From Aerococcus sp. (lineage in GTDB: Bacteria > Bacillota > Bacilli > Lactobacillales > Aerococcaceae): a DNA stretch of 64,000 bases. The first letter of the stretch is position 1. Each line of letters starts with the position of its first letter. The translations under genes and the position numbers were made by a program. The notes beneath the pieces were generated by a model that had not been told where the DNA came from, searched no databases, and saw only the letters and a list, made by a program, of their open reading frames with translations. Location of the stretch: positions 2,907 through 66,906 of the forward strand of contig JAUMZL010000006.1 in the NCBI GenBank assembly GCA_030528155.1, written 5' to 3'. Shown here in pieces: positions 9,531 through 19,459 of this stretch.

Positions 9531-10410
9531 ATTGCGCCACCTGCAGTATTTTTTGGCGGTAGCTGAAGAAGGCAATATCACGAGAGCGGCGCAACAGTTA
9601 CATATCACGCAGCCCACCTTGAGCAGACAGATTCATGTACTGGAGGAAGAAATAGGGAGCGATCTGTTCATCCGCAGCCATCGTCACCTCACGCTCACCG
9701 AAGCGGGTTTGTTTTTAAAGAGTCGCGCCGAGGAGATATTGATGCTCTCACAGCAAACGGAGGCTGAATTCCAGCAACGCCGCCATGACTTACTGAGTGG
9801 GAACCTTGCCATTGGTGCCGTTGAAGCGGACAATTCCGAGACATTAGCCTTGATTTTGGAGGAATTTACGACGGACTATCCTCAGGTGACGTTTGATATT
9901 TTCAGCGGAACGAGTGATGTGATCAAGGATCGCCTAGAAAAAGGTTTATTGGACGTCGCCATTTTGCTTGAGCCGGTGGATGATGAGAAATACCAGACGA
10001 TTCGCTTGCCGTGGCTAGAGCGCTGGGGATTATTAGTGCCGAGCGCCTCTTTTCTTGCCCAGCAACCCGCCATTACGCCCGAAAATATTATAGGGATGCC
10101 CCTGTTGGCAGCGAAACGCCCGGAAGTCAGAGCCATGTTAGCGCAATGGGCAGGCATTGGGGTTAATGATTTGAATGTGATTGGGACGTACAATCTCATT
10201 TTTAATATTTTCCCATTAGTCAACGCGAGTGTGGGGAGTGCGCTGGTCATCGAAGGGGTCACCCGTCATCGCTCTAATGATGAGGTGACCTTCGTGCCAT
10301 TTGAACCGCAAATACAGACGCATTGCGTGCTGGCGTGGAAGAAGAACCGCCCCTTATCGGCGACAGTGGCAGCTTTTATTAAACGGTTTGAGTATGCTAA
10401 GAAAGCATAA
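9523..10410 (+). CDS. LysR-family transcriptional regulator
   Basis: ELRHLQYFLAVAEEGNITRAAQQLHITQPTLSRQI HTH; GAGGAGG RBS; start overlaps the MerR stop. Confidence 0.93.
   Translation: MIELRHLQYFLAVAEEGNITRAAQQLHITQPTLSRQIHVLEEEIGSDLFIRSHRHLTLTEAGLFLKSRAEEILMLSQQTEAEFQQRRHDLLSGNLAIGAVEADNSETLALILEEFTTDYPQVTFDIFSGTSDVIKDRLEKGLLDVAILLEPVDDEKYQTIRLPWLERWGLLVPSASFLAQQPAITPENIIGMPLLAAKRPEVRAMLAQWAGIGVNDLNVIGTYNLIFNIFPLVNASVGSALVIEGVTRHRSNDEVTFVPFEPQIQTHCVLAWKKNRPLSATVAAFIKRFEYAKKA
10393..10409. promoter_or_regulatory. Putative LysR recognition site TATGC-N7-GCATA
   Basis: Perfect dyad conforming to T-N11-A, overlapping the LysR stop codon. Confidence 0.5.
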
Positions 10411-10444
10411 GGTGTAATTAAGAAAAGTATTGGTGAACCACTCA

Positions 10445-10489
10445 AAAGGACTGTAGCCTAGAGATAGAGAAAGGCACCGTCCTTTTTTT
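10445..10489 (+). terminator. Terminator-like hairpin between LysR and flavodoxin
   Basis: AAGGAC..AGCCT / AGGC..GTCCTT followed by a T-run. Confidence 0.5.
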
Positions 10490-10514
10490 AATGCAGAGTG
10501 AAGGAGGTGAGCGC

Positions 10515-11017
10515 ATGGCAGTCGTCGTTTATTTCTCACGGGCAGGTGAGAATGTGATTGATGGGCAACATGTCGTTACACCGGTGGGGAATACCGCCGT
10601 TGTGGCTCGAAAAATTGCCGATCAGCGACACCTGCCCCTCATGGAAATTCTACCGGTGATCCCTTATCCTAAGAGCTATCAAGCAACACTTGAAATCGCA
10701 AAAGAAAAAAAGAACGCCAAGGAACGCCCAGCGATAAAGCCACTAAAGCTCCCCGAAACGGAAGCCCTCTACCTGGGTTATCCGATTTGGTGGGGATGCC
10801 ACCAATGGAAGTGTTTAGTTTTTTGGATCAAATCGATCTTTCAGGGATGATCATTCATCCTTTCTGTACACACGAGGGGAGCGGACTTGGCAACAGCGTG
10901 CAGGCATTCGCCAATGAGTATCCCGAATTAATGGTGACGAAAGGACTCGCTATTCGTGGATCGCGCGCGAACAAGGCGGATCAGGCGATTTTCGATTGGC
11001 TCACCACACAGGATTGA
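10515..11017 (+). pseudogene. Flavodoxin (long FMN-loop type) split by a 1-nt deletion in G4 at 10792-10795, or a sequencing error
   Basis: YFSRAGEN..GNT..VA..I and LGYPIWWG in one frame; MPPMEVFSFL..PFCTHEGSGLG in the next; adding one G restores YPIWWGMPPMEVF. Confidence 0.8.
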
Positions 11018-11035
11018 ATATGAGGAGGAACAACT

Positions 11036-11371
11036 ATGGCAAAGAAACAAACCGCAGGACATGATTTACTGGGCGCATTTGCCCCTAAATTTGCCGCATT
11101 AAATGATGATGTCTTATTTGGAGAAGTTTGGTCACGGGAAGAGGAACTCTCTGCACACCAACGTAGTTTGATCACGATCTCTGCGTTAATTGCAGCGGGG
11201 AATTTAGAACAACTCCCCGCCCATTTAACGATTGGTAAACAGAATGGCATCACCAAGGAAGAAATTGCAGAAGTCATTACCCACCTTTCTTTCTATGTGG
11301 GATGGCCAAAAGCGTGGTCAGCATTCAACTATGCCAAGGAAATCTACGGGGAAGAGACCGAGCAAGCATAA
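11036..11371 (+). CDS. Carboxymuconolactone decarboxylase-family protein
   Basis: FAALNDDVLFGEVWSRE..L....RSLITISAL, EVITHLSFYVGWPKAWSA; no CxxC. Confidence 0.88.
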   Translation: MAKKQTAGHDLLGAFAPKFAALNDDVLFGEVWSREEELSAHQRSLITISALIAAGNLEQLPAHLTIGKQNGITKEEIAEVITHLSFYVGWPKAWSAFNYAKEIYGEETEQA

Positions 11372-11448
11372 ACACAGGAAGGGTCGCTTAAATTCGGTAA
11401 GACGAATCAAAAAATGGTCCTGTATAAAAAAGCAAAGGAGAAATGACG

Positions 11449-11865
11449 ATGGCTGAAAAACATGAAGAAGTCAAAAATGGGATGATCTTTCCAATGGGGG
11501 AATCAAACGATGCTTTCTCCCAGTATTTTGATGGACAAAGTTATCTGAAAATGCTCGTTAGTGATGCGGATATTCCGGTGAGTGTCGGCAATGTGACGTT
11601 TGAACCCGGGTGCCGCAACCATTGGCATATTCACCACGATGGCTTCCAGCTCTTGCTGGTGACGGGGGGATTAGGTTGGTACCAAGAAGAAGGCCAACCT
11701 GCCCGTGCCTTGAAACCGGGAGACGTCGTGGTGACCAAGGATGGTGTGAAGCATTGGCACGGGGCAGCAAAAGACAGCTGGTTTTCGCACATTGCCATCA
11801 CGGCAGGTTCAGCAGAGTGGCTAGAAGCGGTGAATGAAGAAGATTACCAAGCCTTAGGGGAATAA
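11449..11865 (+). CDS. Cupin-domain protein
   Basis: NVTFEPGCRNHWHIH, GDVV....GVKHWHGA, FSHIAI; AAGGAG RBS favours the second ATG. Confidence 0.88.
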   Translation: MAEKHEEVKNGMIFPMGESNDAFSQYFDGQSYLKMLVSDADIPVSVGNVTFEPGCRNHWHIHHDGFQLLLVTGGLGWYQEEGQPARALKPGDVVVTKDGVKHWHGAAKDSWFSHIAITAGSAEWLEAVNEEDYQALGE

Positions 11866-11933
11866 GGCTTGTCTGCCACCAAAAATAAAGCAAGTATGCA
11901 ACAAAACTGATAAACGGATGAAGAAGAAAAGAA

Positions 11934-12812
11934 ATGAAAGAAAACATGTCTATTTTAACGGCAACCACAACCCTGAATAATGGTGTTTTGATGCCAAAAT
12001 TAGGGTTCGGTACCTGGGAAATTCCTAATGATAAAGCACAAATAGCGGTTGAACAAGCTATCAAAACGGGCTATCGTCATATTGATACCGCCCAAGCCTA
12101 TCAAAACGAACGAGGTGTCGGTCTCGGCATCAAGGCGGCTGGGGTAGATCGCAAGGAATTGTTTATTACCACGAAATTAGCAGCGGAAATCAAAGACTAT
12201 GAAGGCGCAAAACAAGCGATTGACCAGTCTCTAGCGGATTTAGACGTGGATTATTTGGATCTGCTGTTGATTCACAGTCCAAAACCATGGGAACATTTCT
12301 ACGAAGATGAGCATTTCTTTGCTGGCAATCTTGCGGCTTGGAAAGCGATGGAAGAGGCCTATGAAGCAGGCAAGATTCGTGCCATTGGCGTTTCTAATTT
12401 TGAACGTGAAGATCTCGACAATCTGCTGGAAAACGCCAAAGTGAAGCCAATGGTAGATCAAATTTTGCTTCATATTGGGCATACGCCGCAAGCATTGATC
12501 GCTTATGCTAAGGAGAAGAATATTCAAGTAGAAGCGTATTCGCCCATTGCCCATGGCGTAATGTTGCAGCATCCCGAGTTGAAAGGAATGGCTGATAAAT
12601 ATGGTGTGTCCATTCCCCAATTAGCGATTCGCTACTGCTTAGAGTTAGGGAGTGTGCCGTTGCCTAAAACTGAAAATCCAGAACATATGGCAGCCAACGC
12701 TCGCGTTGATTTTGAGATCAGTGATGAAGATATGACGACATTGAAACAGGTCGCATCATTAGATTATGACGAATTTGATCAATTCCCTGTTTTTGGTATC
12801 ACCAAACGTTAA
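11934..12812 (+). CDS. Aldo/keto reductase (2,5-diketogluconate reductase-like)
   Basis: MPKLGFGTW, GYRHIDTAQAY, LFITTKL, DLLLIHSP, IGVSNF (D-Y-K-H tetrad present); start may be 11946. Confidence 0.93.
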   Translation: MKENMSILTATTTLNNGVLMPKLGFGTWEIPNDKAQIAVEQAIKTGYRHIDTAQAYQNERGVGLGIKAAGVDRKELFITTKLAAEIKDYEGAKQAIDQSLADLDVDYLDLLLIHSPKPWEHFYEDEHFFAGNLAAWKAMEEAYEAGKIRAIGVSNFEREDLDNLLENAKVKPMVDQILLHIGHTPQALIAYAKEKNIQVEAYSPIAHGVMLQHPELKGMADKYGVSIPQLAIRYCLELGSVPLPKTENPEHMAANARVDFEISDEDMTTLKQVASLDYDEFDQFPVFGITKR

Positions 12813-12851
12813 GCCTATAAAAAGCAACCACTTGCCTTGAGTCAAAATAAC

Positions 12852-12960
12852 AGGCTCCTCTTTAAGTAGACAGGATAAATCCTAAGCCTACTTAAAGGGG
12901 AGCCTTTTTATGGGCGTTCCTATAAAAAACAACGAGGCCACTCAGGACCTCGTTGTTTTG
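12852..12960. terminator. Two terminators between convergent genes
   Basis: GGCTCCTCTTTAAGTAG/CTACTTAAAGGGGAGCC+T5; AAAACAACGAGG/CCTCGTTGTTTT. Confidence 0.8.
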
Positions 12961-12975
12961 GTATCTGTGTTAGGG

Positions 12976-15900
12976 CTACTCAACCGAAGAGAGGGCCTCT
13001 AACATGTCAACGTTTTTCAACCGTTCATGAATCACGATGGCTAAGATAGCGGTGATGATGATGATAATCACGGCTGGAAGGATGAAGGTGTGCATCGTCA
13101 GTGATGGATCGAACATGACCTCTTCAGGTGGCACCACCTTGATAATGTAGAGGTGGAGGAGTTCCCCAATCCCAAAACCAACGACAATACCAACCAATGT
13201 TAGTAAGAAAGTTTCGCGGTAAATGTATTGGGTAACTTCTTTATCGTAGAAGCCGAGCACCTTGATCGTTGACAATTCTCGCATACGTTCGGACACGTTA
13301 ATGTTCGTCAAGTTGTAGAGAATAACGATGGCTAAGAGCGCGGCGATAATGATCAAGACCTTCAAAATCTTATTCAACGCTTTCACGATGGTATCAATCA
13401 TATTCGTGAATACCGTGTTTTGAACCACGTTGATGACACCAGAGTATTTCATGAATTCAGCCGCTTGTTTTTCCACATTGTCTTGTGAGTGATCATTCAG
13501 CTGTACCATGTGGGCGTTACCCGTAAAGTCCTTAGCGAACGCTTTTTCATACGCGGTTGGACTCATGAAGGCGAAGTGCCCCATGTACATTTCAGCAATG
13601 CCGGCCACTTTCACGGTTCGCTCCTGATCTTCAGCGTCCATCACGGTGAGGGAATCCCCAACCTTGACGTTAACTAGTTGAGCGAAGCGCTCAGAGAGAA
13701 TGATCCCATCATCTGGCAGATCAATCGGCGCTTGGCTCTTGCGGTTTCTCAAGGAGATGTAGTCAGATAAGGCTTTGGTGTCTTTTGGAACAATCAATTT
13801 GATCGATTGCTTATCTTTTTTGGCACCGGCAACCTTGGTGAGTTCTTCATAGTGAATAGGCGCATATTCCTTGACGGTATCGCCATTCAACCGCGCCATG
13901 ATGTCTTTTTCCTCTTGGTCGCTGACATAGTCATTTTGCGCGACAATCACGTCATAGTGAATGATCTCGCCAAATTGACGCTCGTTGATCCCACCGATGG
14001 AATCTTGAACGGCCAACCCAGCAAAGAGCAGGGATACCGCACCGGCCACACCGAAGATGGTCATCAGCATCCGCTGTTTGTAGCGGAAAATATTACGGGC
14101 AGTCACCTTGTGTGTGAAGCTCATCCGTTCCCAAATAGGTGTGAGCCGTTCGAGGAAGATCTTAGAGCCAGATGTTGGCGGTTTCGGGAGCAATAATTGT
14201 GCCGGTTTTTCCGCTAATTCGCGCTTCGTGGCGATCCAAGCAGGTAGGACGGAACTGATGAGAGACGCAATGAAGGCAATCACCGTAATGCCTGGGTGGA
14301 AGTGCCATTCGATTTTCGGCAAGGTAAAGCCGACCTTGTAGGCGTTATAGGCAATGGATGGAATTAAGGTGTGTCCCAGAATCACCCCGATCGTTGTCCC
14401 GATTAATCCCGCGGTGAGCCCATAGAAGGCAAACTTCTTGAAGACGTCGAAGTCATCGTAGCCTAAAGCTTTTAATGTCCCGGCATTGATGCGCTCTTCG
14501 TCAACGAACCGCCCCATGGTGGTGAACGCCACTAAGGCGGCAACAAAGTAGAGGAAGATAGGGAAGACATTCGCCAAGGCATCCACGATTGTCCCAATGT
14601 TAGTGTAAATTTGGGTCCCTTCACCACCAGGAATTTCCCGGCGGCTGTTCAGTGAGTAGGTAGGGAGAGCGAGATTATCGAGACGTTCCTTTGCTTCATT
14701 GAGTTCATTTTGTTTGTCATCAATTTCTTTTTGGGCGTCGTCCTTTTTGTCAGCAAAAGCTTTGGCGTTCTTATCGTATTCAGCTTGTTTTTCTGTGAGT
14801 GTCGCTTTGCTGTCAGCAATTTGCTTTTCACCATCGGCTTGTTTTTCTGCGAGGGTGTCTTTGGCGGTTTGTAGTTCTTTAGCTTTAGTGGCCAAGGTTT
14901 GTTTCGCTTGGGCGAGTTTTTCGGCATTGGCTTGGTATTCTTTTGACTTGGTGTCTAATTCCTTAGCCCCTTGTTGCCATGCCGCTAATCCCTCTGTATA
15001 GGTCGCATATTGTGCGTTATACTCGCCGACTTTTGCATTATATTGCGTCAAGCTCGCTTGATAGGTGGTTTCTTGTTTTTGTAGTTCTTTTTCACCAGCT
15101 TCCAATTTTTCTTTTGCGGCGTTGAAAGCTTTTTGTTTTTCCGAAAATTCGGCTTTCTTTTGATTCAATAATTCGGTTTGTTTGGCTAATGTCTGTTCTC
15201 CTGCTTGGATCTTGGCATTGGCGTCATCCAATTTTTCCTTCGCTTGATCGAGTTCAGCCTTAGCCGCGTCCAGTTCTGCTTTTTGAGCGGTTAATTTGGC
15301 CTGCAGCTCTTTAATGCTAGCTATACCTGATTGGTAGGTCTCTGTTAGGAAAGTCTCGCGCTCTGCCGTCGCTTTTTCCTTTTGAGCAGTGACTTGTTTG
15401 AGCTGTTCAGTCAATGTCTGTTTATCGGTTTCAGACAGATCTGGCTTTTTCAGTTCTTCATTGAGGGTGTGTTCTTTGGCCTCAAGTTCGCTGATCGTCT
15501 GGTCGTATTTTGCTTTTGCTTGCTCTAGTTTTGCTTTGTTTTGATCCACCGTGGCTTGAGCGTCTTGCCATTGCTTTTCGTTTGCTTGATAGGTCGCCGC
15601 TTTTTCATCGTAGGTTGCTTTCGATTGATCATAGGCTGCTTTCTGATCCGCCAGTTGCTTTTGACCCACTTGGAGTTTTTGATCGGCAGTTTTGATTTGT
15701 TTATCGGCCTCTGTCAAGGCGTCTTGGTTCTTTATGAGTTCTCGGTAACCATTGGCAATTTGCGCCTTGCCAGCTGCAATGGCATCTGCGCCTGCTTGCA
15801 GTTTTTGATTGGCCTGATTCAATTGCTGTTTGGCTTGAGCGAGCGCTTGCTTTCCGCTTTCTAGTTGGTTCCAGCGGTCAGTTAAGGTATTGGCGCCAGC

Positions 15901-16935
15901 ATCCAATTGTTGTTTGGCATCTTTTAGCAATTGATCGCTACTTGCCATCTGCTGTTCGGCGCTATTCAATTGGCTGGACCCGTCATTGATCTGTTGTTGG
16001 GCAGCACTGACTTGATCATTCAAGGTTTTCTCAGCCGCACTGATCTTTTGACTACCCTCATCCAACTGTTGCTTAGCATTTTTCAGCTGTTGTTCGGTAT
16101 CAGCTAACTTTTTCTTGGCATCGTCGATCTGTTTTTGCCCATCAGCAATTTTTTCTTGGTATTCATTCTTCACAGCTTGCAAGCGATGTTCTGGTTGATC
16201 TTTGAGGATATGGTTAAGATCATCCTTGTGTGCTTGCAATTTGTTGGTGTAGTCCTGGGAATAAGGATCAATCGACTTCAAATCATCGAAACGGAGACGA
16301 GCAATCATGTAAACTTCTGAATCAAAAGCCTCTGGGGTTAATACGCCATATCCCTTCAATGATCCGGTTCCAGCTGTCGATGCCCCCAGGTTGTTGCTGG
16401 AGAGAATTTCACCAGAGTAGATAAAACCAACGATCTTATATTCTGGTTTTTTCAATACTTTTTGACCAGAAGCATCGGCCGTTTCATCGAACTTGATGAC
16501 ATCACCAATTTGATAGCGATCTTGGTATTCAGCGCTGATAGCGATCTCATCGGTCTTTTCGGGCAGACGACCAGAGCGAATTTCATATTGAGAAATATCA
16601 TCATCTTTAGCGCGTGAGAAGAGTCGGAAACTGTCGGTTGTATCGGTAACAACGGCATCCTTTAGATAACCATATTCAATGTCACTCGCGCCCTTTGCTT
16701 GATCGATTAGCTGTTGGTCATCCTGGTCGATCCCCAGTGAACCGATGATCGCTAAGTCGGCCACATTTAAATCATTCAGATAATGTTCACCGGTTGCCCG
16801 CGTATCAGGCCCTGTGACCTGTAACCCCACCAGAGCAAAAGCCCCGAGCATCATCAAGCCTAGGATAGAGAAGAAGCGTCCCTTAGAACGACGAATCGAT
16901 TTGAAAATATCTTTCCATAAACTTTTTTTCGACAA
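12976..16935 (-). CDS. MacB/FtsX-like ABC permease with ~510-aa coiled-coil insert
   Basis: RSKGRFFSILGLMMLG N-terminus; two FtsX-type TM blocks (TTMGRFVDEERINAGTLKALGY; NINVSERMRELSTIKVLGF); Q/K/E/A-rich heptads aa 249-757; TTG start. Confidence 0.88.
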   Translation of the reverse strand: MSKKSLWKDIFKSIRRSKGRFFSILGLMMLGAFALVGLQVTGPDTRATGEHYLNDLNVADLAIIGSLGIDQDDQQLIDQAKGASDIEYGYLKDAVVTDTTDSFRLFSRAKDDDISQYEIRSGRLPEKTDEIAISAEYQDRYQIGDVIKFDETADASGQKVLKKPEYKIVGFIYSGEILSSNNLGASTAGTGSLKGYGVLTPEAFDSEVYMIARLRFDDLKSIDPYSQDYTNKLQAHKDDLNHILKDQPEHRLQAVKNEYQEKIADGQKQIDDAKKKLADTEQQLKNAKQQLDEGSQKISAAEKTLNDQVSAAQQQINDGSSQLNSAEQQMASSDQLLKDAKQQLDAGANTLTDRWNQLESGKQALAQAKQQLNQANQKLQAGADAIAAGKAQIANGYRELIKNQDALTEADKQIKTADQKLQVGQKQLADQKAAYDQSKATYDEKAATYQANEKQWQDAQATVDQNKAKLEQAKAKYDQTISELEAKEHTLNEELKKPDLSETDKQTLTEQLKQVTAQKEKATAERETFLTETYQSGIASIKELQAKLTAQKAELDAAKAELDQAKEKLDDANAKIQAGEQTLAKQTELLNQKKAEFSEKQKAFNAAKEKLEAGEKELQKQETTYQASLTQYNAKVGEYNAQYATYTEGLAAWQQGAKELDTKSKEYQANAEKLAQAKQTLATKAKELQTAKDTLAEKQADGEKQIADSKATLTEKQAEYDKNAKAFADKKDDAQKEIDDKQNELNEAKERLDNLALPTYSLNSRREIPGGEGTQIYTNIGTIVDALANVFPIFLYFVAALVAFTTMGRFVDEERINAGTLKALGYDDFDVFKKFAFYGLTAGLIGTTIGVILGHTLIPSIAYNAYKVGFTLPKIEWHFHPGITVIAFIASLISSVLPAWIATKRELAEKPAQLLLPKPPTSGSKIFLERLTPIWERMSFTHKVTARNIFRYKQRMLMTIFGVAGAVSLLFAGLAVQDSIGGINERQFGEIIHYDVIVAQNDYVSDQEEKDIMARLNGDTVKEYAPIHYEELTKVAGAKKDKQSIKLIVPKDTKALSDYISLRNRKSQAPIDLPDDGIILSERFAQLVNVKVGDSLTVMDAEDQERTVKVAGIAEMYMGHFAFMSPTAYEKAFAKDFTGNAHMVQLNDHSQDNVEKQAAEFMKYSGVINVVQNTVFTNMIDTIVKALNKILKVLIIIAALLAIVILYNLTNINVSERMRELSTIKVLGFYDKEVTQYIYRETFLLTLVGIVVGFGIGELLHLYIIKVVPPEEVMFDPSLTMHTFILPAVIIIIITAILAIVIHERLKNVDMLEALSSVE

Positions 16936-16945
16936 GGTCTCTCAC

Positions 16946-17647
16946 CTACCATTCAATATCTTTAATATCGTCAGGAATATGGTTGACTTCAATGCTCTGT
17001 ACCTTCGCGTCATGCATGCGGATTACCCGGTCAGCAATGGGCGCTAAGGCACCGTTGTGGGTAACGATAATCACTGTTGCATTTTCCTTGCGACTCATGT
17101 CCTGCAAGATCTGCAAGACCTGTTTCCCTGTTTGGTAGTCTAAAGCACCGGTTGGCTCGTCACAGAGCAAAATTTTTGGCTTTTTGGCGATGGCACGCGC
17201 GATGGATACCCGTTGCTGTTCACCGCCAGAGAGTTGGGAAGGAAAGTTGTTGATTCGTTTTCCTAAACCCACAGCGTTGAGCGTTTCAACCGGATCAGCG
17301 GCATCTTTAACAATTTCAGAGGCTAGTTCCACGTTTTCCTTTGCGGTCAAGTTGGGCACTAAGTTGTAGAACTGGAACACAAAGCCCACATCTTCTCTGC
17401 GGTATTGCGTCAGCTCCGTCCGCGAATAGTTGGAAATATCATTGCCATCAATGATGATCTGGCCTTCGTCATTTGTTTCCATCCCACCGAGGATATTTAA
17501 GAGGGTAGATTTGCCGGCACCAGAAGCTCCGAGGATAATGGCAAGTTCGCCTTTTTCAATTTCAAAGTTTAAATCGTTATTGGCGACGATTTCCGTATCG
17601 CCCGTTTTAAAGCGTTTATAACTATGCTTAACTTCGATATAGCTCAT
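16946..17647 (-). CDS. ABC transporter ATP-binding protein (LolD/MacB-like)
   Basis: GASGAGKS Walker [10 protein letters not shown] signature, [11 protein letters not shown]; GAAAGGGG RBS supports ATG 17647. Confidence 0.95.
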   Translation of the reverse strand: MSYIEVKHSYKRFKTGDTEIVANNDLNFEIEKGELAIILGASGAGKSTLLNILGGMETNDEGQIIIDGNDISNYSRTELTQYRREDVGFVFQFYNLVPNLTAKENVELASEIVKDAADPVETLNAVGLGKRINNFPSQLSGGEQQRVSIARAIAKKPKILLCDEPTGALDYQTGKQVLQILQDMSRKENATVIIVTHNGALAPIADRVIRMHDAKVQSIEVNHIPDDIKDIEW

Positions 17648-17671
17648 TTTATTTTCCCCTTTCAAAAATAG

Positions 17672-17753
17672 ACAACGTGTTGATTCTTACAGTGGAAAAG
17701 TATATAGTGATAACAGAGAGATTTCAATACACAAAAACAACGATGTGTTGATT
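17672..17753. promoter_or_regulatory. Repeated motif in the divergent ABC/TetR promoter, possible TetR operators
   Basis: ACAAC-GTGTTGATT (17672-17685) and ACAAC-GAT-GTGTTGATT (17737-17753). Confidence 0.35.
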
Positions 17754-17775
17754 TAGTGAATGGATTGCTGAAAGG

Positions 17776-18378
17776 ATGAGTAACATGCAACGCCAAACGA
17801 AAACCCTCCCTAAGATTAAACGCGCCTTTATTGAATTAATCTACGCCAAGGGCATGGACAGCCTGACCGTGAGTGATATTGCGCGCGTGGCTAAGATCAA
17901 TCGTGGGACCTTTTATCTTCATTATATTGATAAATATGACCTAATGGAAAAATTAGAATCACAGGCTATTGCGGAATTAGAAGACATTCTAAACCATGAT
18001 GAGGCCCCGCACGATCAAGAGGATCCCGTAGATTTTATCTCCTATACAGCCATCTATAAGGCGCTGGTGTATGTTAAAAAGGAATTCGATCTCGTGGCAG
18101 CATTGGCGAGTGAGGGGGGCGATCCGTTGTTCCTCGATCGTATCAAGGAAATTATCGGCCAATTGGTGTCTAATAAATTAAATCAGACCCAAACACTCAC
18201 GCTCGCTACCCATCAATTTCCGGAAGATTATGTCCGGGAGCTATTGCTGGCAGGGACGATCAGTATTATCGAACGCTGGATTCATAAGGGCGGTCGGGAA
18301 GATCCAGAAACCGTGGCACGCATGATCGAACAATCGAAATCCCTTGCCCCTACGGATTATATTCAAGTCAAAAATTAG
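17776..18378 (+). CDS. TetR/AcrR-family regulator
   Basis: LTVSDIARVAKINRGTFYLHYIDKYDL HTH; divergent from the ABC exporter. Confidence 0.92.
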   Translation: MSNMQRQTKTLPKIKRAFIELIYAKGMDSLTVSDIARVAKINRGTFYLHYIDKYDLMEKLESQAIAELEDILNHDEAPHDQEDPVDFISYTAIYKALVYVKKEFDLVAALASEGGDPLFLDRIKEIIGQLVSNKLNQTQTLTLATHQFPEDYVRELLLAGTISIIERWIHKGGREDPETVARMIEQSKSLAPTDYIQVKN

Positions 18379-18519
18379 CGCTTAATCAAAAACAGCACGA
18401 CGCTTGCAATGAAGCAAAGTCGTGCTGTTTTACTAGATGATAACGGCAAACGCGGCCTTTTAGTTGAAAAATCCCACCGTCACGCGATCAGGTCACTTTT
18501 GCTGGGACGGGGAGATGAG

Positions 18520-19188
18520 CTATTTTTTAGATGGGAGGATGGCCCGATCAAAAATTGGGAGGAAGTGCGTCCCCAGATAGAGGACAGTGCTCCCCAAGGA
18601 CAAACCGGCGCACACATCGCTGAAGAAATGAACACTCAGATACAAGCGGGAGAGCGCGATCAATACGACCAACACCACCGTGCCCGCGATGAATAACCGC
18701 TTGGCTTTTGGGGTAGGTTGCCATGCCTTGAGAATAAGGATTGCCAGCGCCCCGAAGAAGATTACGCTCCCCATAGAATGGCCACTCGGGAACGATAGTC
18801 CGGACTCACTGACTAACCGCAATGCCTCGTCAGGGCGAGGGCGCGAGACTAAGGCCTTGATGAGAGGATTGAGGACTCCTGGGCCGAGGATAGTCATCAC
18901 GCCGAGCCAGGAATAACGGTGCGTCTGTTTGATGAAGCGCCCGAAGAAACTGATCAGAATGGCAGCCACGATGAGCAAATAACTGTTGCCCAGCCATGTG
19001 AATGCCCCCACAACGCCAGCCAATGAACTTCCTGGAACTCCCCGCAGCGCGCGGTTAACCGCATAATCCAAGGCATAAAGAGAATCTGGGGCGATGAGTA
19101 GCCACGCGAGGAACACGAGAAAGGGCAGGAGCAATAATCCGGCGATACCGAGCTGCTTTTTAGTAAAAGGGGTGATTTCTTTAAACAT
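18520..19188 (-). CDS. PAP2-family membrane phosphatase
   Basis: K.LVSRPRP, SFPSGHS, SRLYLSVHFFSDV motifs. Confidence 0.9.
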   Translation of the reverse strand: MFKEITPFTKKQLGIAGLLLLPFLVFLAWLLIAPDSLYALDYAVNRALRGVPGSSLAGVVGAFTWLGNSYLLIVAAILISFFGRFIKQTHRYSWLGVMTILGPGVLNPLIKALVSRPRPDEALRLVSESGLSFPSGHSMGSVIFFGALAILILKAWQPTPKAKRLFIAGTVVLVVLIALSRLYLSVHFFSDVCAGLSLGSTVLYLGTHFLPIFDRAILPSKK

Positions 19189-19414
19189 AATGACCTCAAT
19201 TCTATAGAATCCATCGATTAAAAATACCTGAGTTTTTCTATTATAATGGGAAAATCCTAGCTATGCCATACATGCTACATGTGGATCAGCAGAGCATTTC
19301 CGTAAGTTTTTTGTTCCGCTAAAACGGTCGCCTGAAATTTTCACAGGCAAGGACTAGTGTATCATGATCCAAGGTGGACTTTAAAACAAAATTGGAGGAA
19401 TTACTGGCTAGGAC

Positions 19415-19443
19415 TTGCGAAAGCACCCGCAGACCGCTATAAT
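19415..19443 (+). promoter_or_regulatory. SigA promoter of rpsO
   Basis: TTGCGA-17 bp-TATAAT. Confidence 0.75.
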
Positions 19444-19459
19444 TAGCGGTGTTGTGATT

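Noticed and set aside
14662-16194. DNA tandem repeat within the permease
   Set aside because: Repetitiveness is at the heptad/amino-acid composition level; no discrete nucleotide repeat unit is visible
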